Shown here one piece after another: positions 1 through 10,650 of a stretch of DNA of 64,000 nucleotides. The DNA is from an uncultured Verrucomicrobiae bacterium (lineage in GTDB: Bacteria > Verrucomicrobiota > Verrucomicrobiia > Opitutales > JABDGR01): the NCBI GenBank assembly GCA_963765205.1, contig CAVXVB010000008.1:192001-256000 (forward strand), written 5' to 3'. The position numbers and the translations under genes were made by a program. Positions within the stretch are counted from its first letter, which is position 1; every line of letters starts with the position of its first letter. The notes below the pieces were generated by a model. That model was not told the DNA's origin, did not search any database, and saw nothing but the letters and a program-made list of their open reading frames with translations.

Positions 1-413
1 ATATCATCATTGTTGTCGCCTTTGATGAGCCAGTGGTCGCCGTCGAGGCGCACGAGGCGGTGGGCGACGAGCCGGCCGACGGGGGTTTTGTAAACGACGA
101 TGTCGTCCTTTTTCAAGTCCTCCCATTTCGTCGGGACGACGACGATGATGGTGCCTTCGCCGATGATGGGCTGCATCGAGGTGCCGACGCCGCGCAGCAG
201 GAAGCTGCCGGGCAGGCCGGACTGGCTGGCCATGGTGCCGGCGGCCAGCTCGGCGGTCGTCACCTGGCTGGGGGCGGGGATGGCGGACTCGTAGCCGTCG
301 TAGCCCTGGTAGCCCCGGGTGATGCCTTGGCAGGCGACCAAGCACCACGCCGTTAGCAGGAAAATTCCGGCCGGGGCAATCCGCCGCCAACAAAGCTTGC
401 ACGACTCGGGCAT
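1..413 (-). CDS. S26/S24-family signal peptidase-like protein, truncated by window start
   Basis: Own translation from ATG at 413: MPESCKLCW...LLRGVGTSMQPIIGEG...KDDIVVY...VAHRLV...WLIKGDNND. Has the GxSMxP, HR and KGDNN motifs of the S26 family. Absent from the ORF track because it runs off the edge. Confidence 0.8.
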   Translation of the reverse strand, partial: MPESCKLCWRRIAPAGIFLLTAWCLVACQGITRGYQGYDGYESAIPAPSQVTTAELAAGTMASQSGLPGSFLLRGVGTSMQPIIGEGTIIVVVPTKWEDLKKDDIVVYKTPVGRLVAHRLVRLDGDHWLIKGDNNDD

Positions 414-542
414 GGTCGCGTATTTTAGCCCCGCTTGGGCAAATGCGCAACCAGAAGCCGCTTGCCATTTGCGCCAAATGATTTTTTACTGGGGTAATCC
501 CCCCGGGCCGCCGTGCCCGCCACCACCCAACCTTTCATTCCC

Positions 543-1433
543 ATGAGCCGCCTTCGCCCCCTTTTGCCCTTGGTCGTGCTCGCCGGCGCCGTGCTTGCGG
601 CGGCCTTCAAGACCGTTGATTATCTCGAAGCCGATGCGGTCATGGCGAAAGTCCATGAGACTCATGGCGCGGACGCGGAGGTGGACGTGATCCAAATGGT
701 GTCCGTCACCAAAAACGCCAAGACCAACACGACGGAGACGACGACGCGCACGCTGCTCTCCGCCGTGCAAAGCGACGCGAAAGGCGGCTTGCTCTACCTG
801 ATGCGGATTGTGGCACCCGAGGATGAAAAGGGCGTCTCGCTGCTGGTGCTCGAGGACACCAATGACAACGTCGAGCAATACCTGTATATCCCCGCGCTCG
901 GCGCGCCGAAGAAAATTGACCCGGGCAACCGCTCCAGCAGCTTCCTCGGCTCGGACTTCACCTACGAGGACCTGCGCCGCGAAAAACCCGGCGAATGGAA
1001 ATACGACCGCCTGGACGACGAGAAAATTGACGGCACCGACTGCTACGCGATCATGGCCACCCCGGCCAACAAGGACCGCGAAAAAATCACCGGCTACACC
1101 TACCGCTTCCTCGACGTGGACAAGGCCACCTTTGACATCCGCCGCATCGTCTTCCTTGACAGCAAGCAAAAGGAGTTGAAAACATTTGACGCCTACGATT
1201 ACCAGCCCACCAACACTGCCATCCAGCGCCCACGCAGCGGCGTGATGACCAACCTGGTCAAGGGCACCCACACCATCATGACGCTGCTGGGCAGCCGCTT
1301 GGGCAAACCGCTGGACGACAAAATTTTCACCCTCGACACCCTCCAGCATTGGGGCCCCGAGCAGGATAAGCTTTTTGACGACTTGGTGCCCAAGGCCGGC
1401 GCGCCGGCCACGACGGCGGCAAAGACGCCGTAA
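543..1433 (+). CDS. Outer-membrane lipoprotein-sorting (LolA-like) protein
   Basis: Signal peptide and motif QYLYIPALG...KKI...SSFLGSDFTYEDL. Lies directly upstream of an MMPL gene, the usual arrangement. Confidence 0.85.
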   Translation: MSRLRPLLPLVVLAGAVLAAAFKTVDYLEADAVMAKVHETHGADAEVDVIQMVSVTKNAKTNTTETTTRTLLSAVQSDAKGGLLYLMRIVAPEDEKGVSLLVLEDTNDNVEQYLYIPALGAPKKIDPGNRSSSFLGSDFTYEDLRREKPGEWKYDRLDDEKIDGTDCYAIMATPANKDREKITGYTYRFLDVDKATFDIRRIVFLDSKQKELKTFDAYDYQPTNTAIQRPRSGVMTNLVKGTHTIMTLLGSRLGKPLDDKIFTLDTLQHWGPEQDKLFDDLVPKAGAPATTAAKTP

Positions 1434-1508
1434 AACTTTGCCGACTGCGCGCCGGAATTTCCCCCACCCGCTCCACCCCGCCGCCGCAACCTCGACCCCT
1501 CTGCCGCC

Positions 1509-4436
1509 GTGTCGCCCTTCATCGGGAAGCTCCTTGGCTTCTGTTACCGCTGGGCTTGGCTGATATGGCTGGCGGCCTTTGCCCTCGCGGGTTTGGGGGC
1601 GTGGTCGGCGCGGAATATCAAGCTCAACGTCTCGGCGGAGGGCCTGGTGCCGGAGAACAGCCCGCTGCGGGCCACCTACGAGGAAACGAAAAAGACGTTC
1701 GGCTCCGATTATGTCGTGGGCGTCTATGTCGAGGACCCGGATCTGTTCACCGCGCCGAAACTGCGTACGCTGGCGAACCTGGAGCATAAACTGGCGGATT
1801 TGCCCTCCGTCGAACGCTCGGAAAGCCTCTTCACGGTCAACAACATTGACGGCTCGAGCGGCTCGCTCATCACCGGCCCGATCCTTGACCCCCTGCCCGA
1901 GACACCGGAAGCGCTGGCGGCAGCCAAGACCCGCGCGTTGCGCAACCCGCTGCTGAAAGGCACACTGATTTCGCCCGACGGGCAGGCGACCATCCTGATG
2001 CTCTACCTCAAGCCCGAACTGGCGCAGCAGGAGAATTTCGACGCGGGCTTCCTCGACCAGCTCAACCAGGTCATCGCCGAGAATCAAAACGGCGTGGCCA
2101 AGGACGACGACGGCAACCCGATCCTCGACCAGGACAAGCATCCGGTGGCGGACACGACCGGTCAATTCGCGACGATCTTCCCGATTGGCTCGCCGGTCAT
2201 GCATGTGGCGATTTCGAAATATATTTTTCGCGACCAGATGCTGCTCCTGCCGCTGGCCTGCGTGATTTTGCTGGGCCTGCTGGGGCTGCTCATGCGCAGC
2301 ATCCACGGGGTCGTCATCCTGCTCATCAACGCGGTGCTGGCCAATTGCTGGACGCTCGGGTTGATGGCGTGGTTTGGCATCCCGCTAAACATGCTCAATT
2401 ATGTCGTGCCGGCGCTGGTGGTGATGATCGGCTCCGGCTCGGATGTGCATTTGATGATCGGCTCGGCCCAGCAGCGCGCGCGCGGCTTGAACGGATTGCA
2501 GGCGATTTCCGAAACCGGGCGCCTGATCGGCCTGAGCCTGCTGCTGAACACCTTCAGCACGGTGCTCGGCTTTGGCTCGACACTGCTGACGAACATCGGC
2601 GTGCTGCGAGAGTTCGGCGAATCGGCGGCGCTGGCCATCACCCTGCGTTTTGTCACCACCATGTTTGTCGTGCCGGCCTACCTGCATGTGATGGACCGCT
2701 GGCTGACGCCGAAGAAAAAGGTCTCGCCCGCCGCGGCCGCTGCGGCCGTCGCGCCCACTGACAGCCTGTGGGACCGTTGCCTGACCCAGCCCTACATCCG
2801 CCTGGTTTCCCGACATCTCGTGCAGCACCCGATCGGCGTCATGGCGTCCTGCGGGGTCATCACCGGCATCTCGCTTATTTTTGCCTCCCGCATCCGCACC
2901 GACAATGATTTCGCCGCCTTCCTGCGCGCGGATTCTCCGGTGATGCAGCAGATGGACACCGTCGCGAAACGCCTTTCCGGCACGGACATCATTGACATTT
3001 CTTTTCGCGGCTCGGAGGGCGATTTTCTGCAGCCCGAGCGCCTCACCCATTTGCTGCAGTTCGAGCAATACGTGCGCCAACTGCCGGACGTGGATGCCGC
3101 CATCGGCTTGCCGGACATTCTGGCGCTGTTCAACCGGGAATTCCACGATGGCGACCCGGCCGCCTACGTCATCCCGCCCGGCGTGAGCCAAGTCCTTTCC
3201 ATGTTTCAGGAATCGGATTTGGCGCCCTATGCGACGCCCGACGGCTCCAAGGTCAACATCGTGCTGCGGTGCAATTTGCACGACACGACGCGCCTGAACG
3301 CGCTGGTCGCCAAAATCACGGCCACGCTGGCCAGCGGCCGCTTCGGCGCGCAACTCTTCACCATCAGCGGCCACGCCGTGCTCGCGGCGGCGTCGGTGGA
3401 TGAGATTGCCCGCGGGCAGGTCGCCTCGCTCACCAGCATGGTTTGCATCCTCGGCGGGATTGTGGCGATCGTCTTCCTGTCCTGGCGGGCCGCGCTCTCC
3501 GCCATTGCGGCCAACCTGACCCCGGTGGCCATTGTGTTCGCCGTGATGGGCCTGTGCCATGTGCCCTTGAACCTCGGCACTTGCATGATCGCCGCCATCA
3601 GCATTGGCCTGGCCGTGGACAACACCATCAACCTGATGGTCCGCTACCACGACGATTTGCGCCGCACGCGTGACAAACGGCAGGCGTTGAACGACACCAT
3701 GGCGGCGGAATTCAAGCCCATCGTGCTCTCCGGGCTTTCGATGGCCGGCGGCTTTCTCGCGCTGTCGGTGTCCAGTTTTGTGCCGATGCAGGAGTTTGGG
3801 TTGCTCAGCGCGCTGGTGATGATTCTCGCCTGCTTCGGCGATTTGATTGTCACCGCCGCCATGCTCGGCAACAGCCGCATCATCACCGTCTGGGGCGTGC
3901 TCGACATCAAGCTGCGCCGCGCGATTGTCAAGCAGTCGCCGGTGTTCGAAGGCTTCACGAACTGGCAGGCGCGCAAACTCATCGCCGCGTCGGACATCGA
4001 GGAATTTGCCGGCGGCCACCAACTCATCCATGACGGGGAGGATGGCGACACGATGTATGTCGTGCTCGAAGGCGAACTCGAAGTCACCAAAGGCGCGGGC
4101 GCCGACCGCTTTGAAATCAACCGCGTCGGCCCCGGCCAGGTCATCGGCGAAGTCGCCCTCATGGCCCAGGTGCAGCGCACCGCCGACGTGACCGCGCTGA
4201 CCCCGATCAAAGTGCTCACGCTCAATCTAAAATCCTTGAGCGAGTTGCAGCGCTTCAGCCCCTACCTGGCCGCCAAGCTCAACCTCAACCTCGCGAAGAT
4301 CCTCGGCCTGCGCCTGGCCGACACCCTGAAAAAAGCCCGGACGAAAAACCCCTTCTCTGGTTCCGCCTCCGCGGTGACGGGCTACACCTCGACCCCCTGG
4401 GCTGGCGGCGTTAAGCCGCCGGGAGCGGGGAAATAA
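1509..4436 (+). CDS. MMPL/RND-superfamily transporter with C-terminal cyclic-nucleotide-binding domain
   Basis: Two repeats of TM + periplasmic loop + 5 TM, with GLAVDNTI motif. C-terminus has LIHDGEDGDTMYVVLEGELEV...GEVAL...RTADV (cNMP-binding). Confidence 0.88.
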   Translation: MSPFIGKLLGFCYRWAWLIWLAAFALAGLGAWSARNIKLNVSAEGLVPENSPLRATYEETKKTFGSDYVVGVYVEDPDLFTAPKLRTLANLEHKLADLPSVERSESLFTVNNIDGSSGSLITGPILDPLPETPEALAAAKTRALRNPLLKGTLISPDGQATILMLYLKPELAQQENFDAGFLDQLNQVIAENQNGVAKDDDGNPILDQDKHPVADTTGQFATIFPIGSPVMHVAISKYIFRDQMLLLPLACVILLGLLGLLMRSIHGVVILLINAVLANCWTLGLMAWFGIPLNMLNYVVPALVVMIGSGSDVHLMIGSAQQRARGLNGLQAISETGRLIGLSLLLNTFSTVLGFGSTLLTNIGVLREFGESAALAITLRFVTTMFVVPAYLHVMDRWLTPKKKVSPAAAAAAVAPTDSLWDRCLTQPYIRLVSRHLVQHPIGVMASCGVITGISLIFASRIRTDNDFAAFLRADSPVMQQMDTVAKRLSGTDIIDISFRGSEGDFLQPERLTHLLQFEQYVRQLPDVDAAIGLPDILALFNREFHDGDPAAYVIPPGVSQVLSMFQESDLAPYATPDGSKVNIVLRCNLHDTTRLNALVAKITATLASGRFGAQLFTISGHAVLAAASVDEIARGQVASLTSMVCILGGIVAIVFLSWRAALSAIAANLTPVAIVFAVMGLCHVPLNLGTCMIAAISIGLAVDNTINLMVRYHDDLRRTRDKRQALNDTMAAEFKPIVLSGLSMAGGFLALSVSSFVPMQEFGLLSALVMILACFGDLIVTAAMLGNSRIITVWGVLDIKLRRAIVKQSPVFEGFTNWQARKLIAASDIEEFAGGHQLIHDGEDGDTMYVVLEGELEVTKGAGADRFEINRVGPGQVIGEVALMAQVQRTADVTALTPIKVLTLNLKSLSELQRFSPYLAAKLNLNLAKILGLRLADTLKKARTKNPFSGSASAVTGYTSTPWAGGVKPPGAGK

Positions 4437-4440
4437 TTTT

Positions 4441-4520
4441 GACCGCCAAGGCGCGAAGAGCACAAAGCAAGACTGTCCGATAGCTTTCCCTCTTGGCGCT
4501 CTTCGCGCCTTGGCGGTGAA
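4441..4520. repeat. Intergenic inverted repeat, CGCCAAG/CGCAAAG type (REP-like; possible bidirectional terminator)
   Basis: accgccaaggcgcgaagagc ... gctcttcgcgccttggcggt between convergent genes. Confidence 0.8.
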
Positions 4521-4546
4521 CTGTTTGGTTGCGATAGCTCCCCACC

Positions 4547-6844
4547 CTAATCCGGCTCTTTTGCCGTGAGCGCATGGTGGACGGCCTGGCCCAAGGCTTG
4601 GAGGGACTGCGGCTTGAGCAGCAAATCGCGGAGGCCCATGGCGTGGACCCGCTCGACCGTCAGGTAAGGGCTGTAGCCGGTGGTGAGGATGATCGGCAAA
4701 TCGAGCCGGATTTTGAGCAACTGCGCGGCGAAATCGGTACCCGTCATGCCGGGCATGGTTTGGTCGGTGATGACGAGGTCAAAACGCGCGGGTGCCTGGC
4801 GCACGAGCTCGAGCGCCTCCGCCACTTTTGTGCTGATCGTGACCTCATAGCCGAGTTGTTCGAGGGTCTTTTGCCCAAGATTGGCCAGCGCTGGCTCGTC
4901 GTCCACATACAGGATGCGCTGGCCTGCGCCCAGCGGCGTGGTTCTCGTCGAGGCGGGCGGCAAGGCCACCTGCTCATGGTAGGCCGGGAAATAAAGGTGG
5001 AAAATCGTGCCCTTGCCCGGATGGCTGTAAACGGTGACCACGCCGTCATGGCTTTCCATGATGCCATGCACCACCGCCAGGCCCAGGCCGGTGCCTTCAC
5101 CCGAAGGCTTGGTGGTGAAAAACGGCTCGAAGATGCGCTCAAGGGTCGCCGCATCCATGCCGCAACCCGTGTCGCCGACGGACAGCCGCACATAGGGGCC
5201 GGGCCGCAGCCGCGGATGCAATTCGGCCAAAAGTTTGTCCACTTCGAAATTCTCCAGTTTGACCTCGAGGCGGCCCGGCCGGTCGCGCATGGCGTGCCAG
5301 GCATTCGTCCCCAGGTTCATCATGATTTGGTGAATCTGCGTTGAGTCGGCGAGGATCGGCGCCACGCCCGGCTCCTTGGTCACCACAAATTCAATGGTGG
5401 TGGGGATGGAGGAACGGAGCAGTTTCAGCGCTTCATCCATGACTTCGCCAATGTGCGTGGAGCGGCGCTCCTGTTGTTCCTGTTGGCGGCTGAAAGTGAG
5501 GATCTGCCGCACGAGGGCGGTGGCGCGATGGCCGGCCTGCATGACGGACTCCATGTAACCCTGCACGAGGGGATTATCACCCAGTTTCATTTTGGCCAGC
5601 TCGGTGTAGCCGGTCATGGCCGCGAGGATGTTGTTGAAGTCATGCGCGATGCCGCCCGCCAGCGTGCCGATGGCCTCCATCTTTTGCGCCCGGCGATATT
5701 GCTCCTCCAGCTTGTGCTGCAAGCTGATGTCTTCCGCGGTGCCGACGATGCGGTAAACCTGGCCCGCCTCGTTGCGAATGGGAAAGGCCCGATCATGGAT
5801 CCAGCGCACCTCGCCGTCGGGGCGCAGGATGCGGTAAACGACGTTGTATTCGCCGCGTTCCTGCCGGTCGGCAATGTCTTTGAGCACCCGGGCGCGATCG
5901 TCGGGATGAATAGCCTCGGACCATTTGGTATTCGAATCATAAAGGCTTTGGCAACTGCGGCCCCAAATGTCCTCAAACGCCGGGCTGATATACAGGATTT
6001 CGCCTTTGGCCGGATTGGTGATCCAGAAGACTTCATTAATGTTCTCGGCCAACTGCCGGAAGCGCTCTTCGCTGTCGCGTAGGGTAACCTCCGCCTCCTT
6101 GCGCTCCGTGATGTCGCGCACAATGGCGATAATGTAGTCCCGGTCGAGCTGGACCCACTTGCTGTTGACTTCAATCGGAAATATGGTGCCATCTTTTCGG
6201 ATATGTTCTGATTCCAGGACGCGGAATCCCCGTTCTCGGATCAGCCGCGCCACCGGCGCCCACGTTGCCGCCGTCACCGTCGGGGAAATGTCGAATACCT
6301 TCAAGGCCAGCATTTCCTGCCGGGTGTAGCCCAGGTCCTGGCAGACTTTTTCGTTTACATCCAAAATCCGGCCCGACTCGGGATCCAGCACCACAAACGC
6401 ATCATTCGAGCGATCCACCAGGGTGCGGAATAATCTCAACGCCGCAACGGCTTGCCGGCTCTCGCGCCGCAGCCGGCTTTGCTCGAGTGCGTGGCTGACG
6501 GCCGGCCCGAGGCGCGCCAGGCGGTCTTTGAGCAGATAGTCCGTCGCGCCGCGCTTCATCGCCGCGACTGCCGTTTCTTCGCCGATGGTGCCGGACACAA
6601 TGATAAAAGGTATGTCCAGCCCGCTCTGCGTCAATAATTCCAGCGCGCGCAGGCCATTGAACTGCGGCATCTCAAAATCCGACAGAATCAAGTCCAGCTC
6701 GGGGCGCAGGCTCGCTAGGTACTCCGCCTCCGTGTCCACCCGCCGCCCGGCGGGGTCGAAGCCCGCGCGGCGCAACTCCCGCAGCACCAGCTCGGCGTCA
6801 TTTGGGTTGTCCTCCACCACCAAGACTTGAATGGGTTGCGGCAT
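4547..6844 (-). CDS. Hybrid sensor kinase (REC-PAS-PAS-HisKA-HATPase-REC)
   Basis: N-terminal receiver, two PAS/PAC domains, H-box AGGIAHDFNNIL, G-box GEGTGLGL, C-terminal receiver. Confidence 0.93.
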   Translation of the reverse strand: MPQPIQVLVVEDNPNDAELVLRELRRAGFDPAGRRVDTEAEYLASLRPELDLILSDFEMPQFNGLRALELLTQSGLDIPFIIVSGTIGEETAVAAMKRGATDYLLKDRLARLGPAVSHALEQSRLRRESRQAVAALRLFRTLVDRSNDAFVVLDPESGRILDVNEKVCQDLGYTRQEMLALKVFDISPTVTAATWAPVARLIRERGFRVLESEHIRKDGTIFPIEVNSKWVQLDRDYIIAIVRDITERKEAEVTLRDSEERFRQLAENINEVFWITNPAKGEILYISPAFEDIWGRSCQSLYDSNTKWSEAIHPDDRARVLKDIADRQERGEYNVVYRILRPDGEVRWIHDRAFPIRNEAGQVYRIVGTAEDISLQHKLEEQYRRAQKMEAIGTLAGGIAHDFNNILAAMTGYTELAKMKLGDNPLVQGYMESVMQAGHRATALVRQILTFSRQQEQQERRSTHIGEVMDEALKLLRSSIPTTIEFVVTKEPGVAPILADSTQIHQIMMNLGTNAWHAMRDRPGRLEVKLENFEVDKLLAELHPRLRPGPYVRLSVGDTGCGMDAATLERIFEPFFTTKPSGEGTGLGLAVVHGIMESHDGVVTVYSHPGKGTIFHLYFPAYHEQVALPPASTRTTPLGAGQRILYVDDEPALANLGQKTLEQLGYEVTISTKVAEALELVRQAPARFDLVITDQTMPGMTGTDFAAQLLKIRLDLPIILTTGYSPYLTVERVHAMGLRDLLLKPQSLQALGQAVHHALTAKEPD

Positions 6845-6845
6845 A

Positions 6846-7298
6846 TTATTTCTCCACTTTGGGGGGTTGGTTGAGTAGCAGCCAATACAGGCCCAATTCC
6901 TGCACGGCTTTGGCGAACTGCTCGAAGTTCACCGGCTTGACGATGTAGCTGTTGACGCCAAGCTGGTAGCACTCCGCCACGTCGGCTTGTTCCTTCGACG
7001 AGGTGAGCACCACCACCGGGATCGCCTTTGTGCGCGGGTCGCCTTTGATGCGCCGCAGCACTTCCAGCCCGTCCACCTTGGGCAGTTTGAGATCGAGCAG
7101 GATCACTTTCGGGCCGTTCTCAATCTGGCGGTGGGCGTGGGGCCCCTGGCAAAAGATGAAGTCCAGCGCCTCCGTGCCGTCGCGGGCGACCTGGATGTGG
7201 TTGGTGAGGTTGGCCTTGCGCAAGGCGCGCAGGGCCAGTTCGAGGTCCTGCGGGGTGTCTTCGACGATCAAAATTTCGACAATATTGGCTTCGCTCAT
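6846..7298 (-). CDS. Single-domain response regulator (Rcp1-like)
   Basis: ILIVED...[16 protein letters not shown]...LTSS...[10 protein letters not shown]. Confidence 0.93.
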   Translation of the reverse strand: MSEANIVEILIVEDTPQDLELALRALRKANLTNHIQVARDGTEALDFIFCQGPHAHRQIENGPKVILLDLKLPKVDGLEVLRRIKGDPRTKAIPVVVLTSSKEQADVAECYQLGVNSYIVKPVNFEQFAKAVQELGLYWLLLNQPPKVEK

Positions 7299-7300
7299 GG

Positions 7301-9298
7301 TTAGGATTCTCCTTCGAGGGTGAAAAAAAAGGTCGCGCCCCGGTTCAGGGCGGCGTCCGCCCAGACGCGGCCGCCATGCCGGTGAATGATGCGCTGCACA
7401 ATGGCGAGGCCGACCCCGGTGCCTTCATACTCCTCCGCCCGGTGCAGGCGCTGAAACACGCCGAACAGCTTGTGCGCGTATTGCATGTCGAAGCCCGTCC
7501 CATTATCGCGCACATAAAAGACGTACTCGTTTTGCTCGCGCGCGCAACCGATCTCGATGACGGCCGGGTCGCGTTTACGCGTGTATTTCACGGCGTTGGA
7601 CAGCAAATTGGCCCAGGCCTGCTTCAACAAGGCCGCGTCGCCCTGGCAGGCGGGCAAGTCGCCGAGGCGGAGGTCAATTTTCCGCCCTTCAAACTGGGGT
7701 CTTAGTTCCTCCAGGACGTTGCGCACCAGCCTTCCGTTGTCCACCGGCTGCTTGTTCAACGGCTGGCGGCTCAAGCGCGAAAAAGCCAGCAGGTCGTCAA
7801 TCAACGCGCCCATGCGCTGCGCGCCGTCGCGGATGGTGCGCAAGTAACGCCGGCCCTCGTCCGGCAGCAGCGTTCCATAGTCTTCTTCGACGGCCTGCGA
7901 AAATCCGTCCACCGCGCGCAGTGGCGCGCGCAGGTCGTGCGACACGGAGTAGGAAAAGGCTTCCAGTTCCTTGTTCGCCGCTTCGAGTTGGGCCGTGCGC
8001 TCGAAGACGCGCCGTTCAAGACTGGTATTCAGCTCGCGGATTTCCTGCTCGATTTTTTTCCGCTCCGTGATGTCGCGCGCCACTTTGGACGCACCCACGA
8101 TCCGGCCCTGGTCGTCCCTGATCGGCGACACGGTGACGGAGATGTCCACCAACTGCCCGTCCTTTTTCACCCGCATGGTCTCAAAATGCCGCACGCTTTC
8201 GCCGCGCTGGATGCACCTTAAAATTTCCGTCTCCTCGGGCTGGCGTTCGGGGGGGATCAGTCGCATGATCGGCTGGCCGATCATCTCACGGGCCGGGTAG
8301 CCGAAAATCCTCTCCGCACTGGCATTCCAACTGGTGACGATGCCCTGCAAATCCTTGCCGACGATGGCGTCGTCGGAAAACTCCACAATCGCCGCCAACT
8401 GCCGGGCCTGCGCCTCCACCCGTTGGCGCCGAAGATCCACCCGGTTGAGCCACCGCGCGGTGAGCCAGACCAGAAGCGTGAAGCAAAAAACATTGAGGGT
8501 CGCATCCAGCGACAGGCCGAAGGCGGAGCCATAGAAGCCCCTTTGTTCGCCCTGCAACCGCAGCCAGCCCAGCACCAGGGGAATGACAATGGCAAACGGC
8601 AGCAAGCGGCGCACCATCGCGCCGCCCGTGCTGGCGCTGGTGAGCAGGCTCCATGGCCCCGATGCCGAGCGGGCCAGCAGCACCCCCTGGGATAACCCGA
8701 AAAACAGCAACGAGGTATGCGCCGCCATCGTCGAGAACGGCGACAGCTCATACAGCGAGGCCGCCCCATAGATATAACCCGCCATGGCAAACAGCCCGAC
8801 CAGACTCGTAATCAGGGCCAATCCTTGCGCGGGGCGATGCCCGCGGGGCGTTTCCCAGTCCAGCGTCAACAAGGCCACCCCCAGCAACAAAAAACTGCCC
8901 GACGCCGCCGGCGACATGCGGCCCGGATAGGTGATCCCCTCGACCAAGGGCTGGAGCATAAGCAATTGGTCAATGCCGAGGCTCTGGTGGAGCGCATATT
9001 CCAATAAAGTCAGCAGCGAAAACAGCAGCACAATTATGGCGGCCGCCTGCGCGCAACGGTGCCGCCATTTCCCAACCGGTTCATCCGCTTGCAGCGCCAA
9101 GGCCAAGCCCGTCAGAATAAAGCAGGTCGCCGTGTTGATCTTCATCGCCACCCAGTTGGGCGAAATGCTCTTGAGCCACGCCAAGTCGAAAATCCATCCC
9201 ACTACGACCAACCCACCCACCAAGACACCCCCGAACCCGATTGCTCGGGCCAGAGCCGCAAACTTGGTGTGGCAGGGGGCTGCCAAAGTTGGGTCCAT
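7301..9298 (-). CDS. Membrane-bound PAS sensor histidine kinase
   Basis: Multi-TM N-terminus, PAS domain, H-box [15 protein letters not shown]-box [16 protein letters not shown]. Start chosen at ATG 9298 (ORF extends to 9394). Confidence 0.9.
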   Translation of the reverse strand: MDPTLAAPCHTKFAALARAIGFGGVLVGGLVVVGWIFDLAWLKSISPNWVAMKINTATCFILTGLALALQADEPVGKWRHRCAQAAAIIVLLFSLLTLLEYALHQSLGIDQLLMLQPLVEGITYPGRMSPAASGSFLLLGVALLTLDWETPRGHRPAQGLALITSLVGLFAMAGYIYGAASLYELSPFSTMAAHTSLLFFGLSQGVLLARSASGPWSLLTSASTGGAMVRRLLPFAIVIPLVLGWLRLQGEQRGFYGSAFGLSLDATLNVFCFTLLVWLTARWLNRVDLRRQRVEAQARQLAAIVEFSDDAIVGKDLQGIVTSWNASAERIFGYPAREMIGQPIMRLIPPERQPEETEILRCIQRGESVRHFETMRVKKDGQLVDISVTVSPIRDDQGRIVGASKVARDITERKKIEQEIRELNTSLERRVFERTAQLEAANKELEAFSYSVSHDLRAPLRAVDGFSQAVEEDYGTLLPDEGRRYLRTIRDGAQRMGALIDDLLAFSRLSRQPLNKQPVDNGRLVRNVLEELRPQFEGRKIDLRLGDLPACQGDAALLKQAWANLLSNAVKYTRKRDPAVIEIGCAREQNEYVFYVRDNGTGFDMQYAHKLFGVFQRLHRAEEYEGTGVGLAIVQRIIHRHGGRVWADAALNRGATFFFTLEGES

Positions 9299-9526
9299 GT
9301 TTGCACGACAACCAGCACAAAGGCTCCGGAATCCGGCGAAACGTTGCCTTCGACTGAACTGCGGAGGAGTGCGGGGACTTGCGGCTCCGGCCACAGTAAA
9401 AAAAGCTCAACGGAAGCGAGTAGACTACCGTCGTGCTAACTGCCTTGCGGTAAAAACATAAGCCCCATCGAACGTTTTATCAAGTGCTTATACCTTATTT
9501 ATACAATCATAATGGGACTTATATAC

Positions 9527-9554
9527 TTGACAGTTAAAGAATCTGTGGTATATT
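9527..9554 (+). promoter_or_regulatory. Putative sigma70 promoter of the transposase (probably leaderless transcript)
   Basis: TTGACA (9527-9532), 16 bp spacer, TGgTATATT extended -10 (hexamer 9549-9554). ATG follows 6 nt later. Confidence 0.6.
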
Positions 9555-9560
9555 GACGGT

Positions 9561-10514
9561 ATGAAGCACCAAACTCCATTCACTCCCCAGCCAAGCAGCT
9601 TTGATTTCCATGCGCTCGTTCCCAACGAGGATGCAGCACGCCAGCAATGGGCGGCGGCGCGCTGGCCTGACGGAGTGAAGTGCATCCATTGCGGGCACGA
9701 CAAGGTGTGGTCAATCAAGGGCGGTCGCGTCTATGACTGCAAAGCGTGCCGCAAGCATTTTACAGTTCGCACTGGGTCGGTTATGGAAGATAGTAAGTTG
9801 CCGATTAAAAAATGGCTCTATGCCATGTATCTGATGACGGTTTCGCGCAAAGGTATTTCTTCAATCCAGTTGGCAAAAGAGTTGGGCGTCACCCAAAAGA
9901 GCGCGTGGCATCTCGCCCATCGCATCCGTGAAGCGTGCCAATCTAAGGGGGTGATCACCGGCATTGTGGAGGCTGATGAAACTTATATCGGTGGCAAAGA
10001 AAAAAACAAGCACTCCGGCAAGCGCACTCATGCGGGCCGGGGTGGAGTGGGTAAGTCAATCGTGTTTGGCGCAAAGAGCCGTGAAAGCGGCGAAGTTCGC
10101 GCAATGGTGTTGCCCTGCAATGACAGTTACCGCTTGCACGGTGCGGTGGGTGAGACGGTTGCCAAGGGTTCTACTCTTTGCACGGATGACAACCGCGCCT
10201 ATCGTGGCATCAAGGGCTATCGTCACCGCGTGGTAAAACACAGCGCGCGGGAATATGTCAAGGGTATGGCGCACACAAACGGGATTGAAAGTTTTTGGGC
10301 CATTTTGAAACGCGCTTACATCGGAACCTTCCATAATTTCAGCGCAAAGCATCTTGCGCGTTATGCTGATGAATTTGCGTTTAAGGCCAACACAAAGGAC
10401 TTGCCCGCATTCAATGAAAGTGGTATCGGTTCTGGTATCACGGCTATCCGCCAGTATATAGCAGGCGCGGAAGGCCGTCGCCTCACCTATAAAGCCCTCA
10501 CCTCCCATGCCTGA
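9561..10514 (+). CDS. IS1595-family DDE transposase
   Basis: Zn ribbon CIHC...CKAC, HTH (GISSIQLAKELGVTQKSAW), catalytic VEADETY / TDD / HTNGIESFW. Confidence 0.95.
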   Translation: MKHQTPFTPQPSSFDFHALVPNEDAARQQWAAARWPDGVKCIHCGHDKVWSIKGGRVYDCKACRKHFTVRTGSVMEDSKLPIKKWLYAMYLMTVSRKGISSIQLAKELGVTQKSAWHLAHRIREACQSKGVITGIVEADETYIGGKEKNKHSGKRTHAGRGGVGKSIVFGAKSRESGEVRAMVLPCNDSYRLHGAVGETVAKGSTLCTDDNRAYRGIKGYRHRVVKHSAREYVKGMAHTNGIESFWAILKRAYIGTFHNFSAKHLARYADEFAFKANTKDLPAFNESGIGSGITAIRQYIAGAEGRRLTYKALTSHA

Positions 10515-10650
10515 AAAAACACCAGCGCAACCGATAAAGAATCCGCTCTTTGGGAAATACAACCAAGTAGTGAAGGCGGTAGCTACATATCAACCCCCAA
10601 AGAACCAACCAGAAAATAAAGTATCTTCTCCATTGCCGGCAAAGAAATAA
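10507..10650 (+). CDS. Small basic ORF (47 aa) overlapping the transposase stop
   Basis: MPEKTPAQPIKNPLFGKYNQVVKAVATYQPPKNQPENKVSSPLPAKK. Overlaps the tnp end and abuts the stop of the convergent gene. Confidence 0.45.
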   Translation: MPEKTPAQPIKNPLFGKYNQVVKAVATYQPPKNQPENKVSSPLPAKK

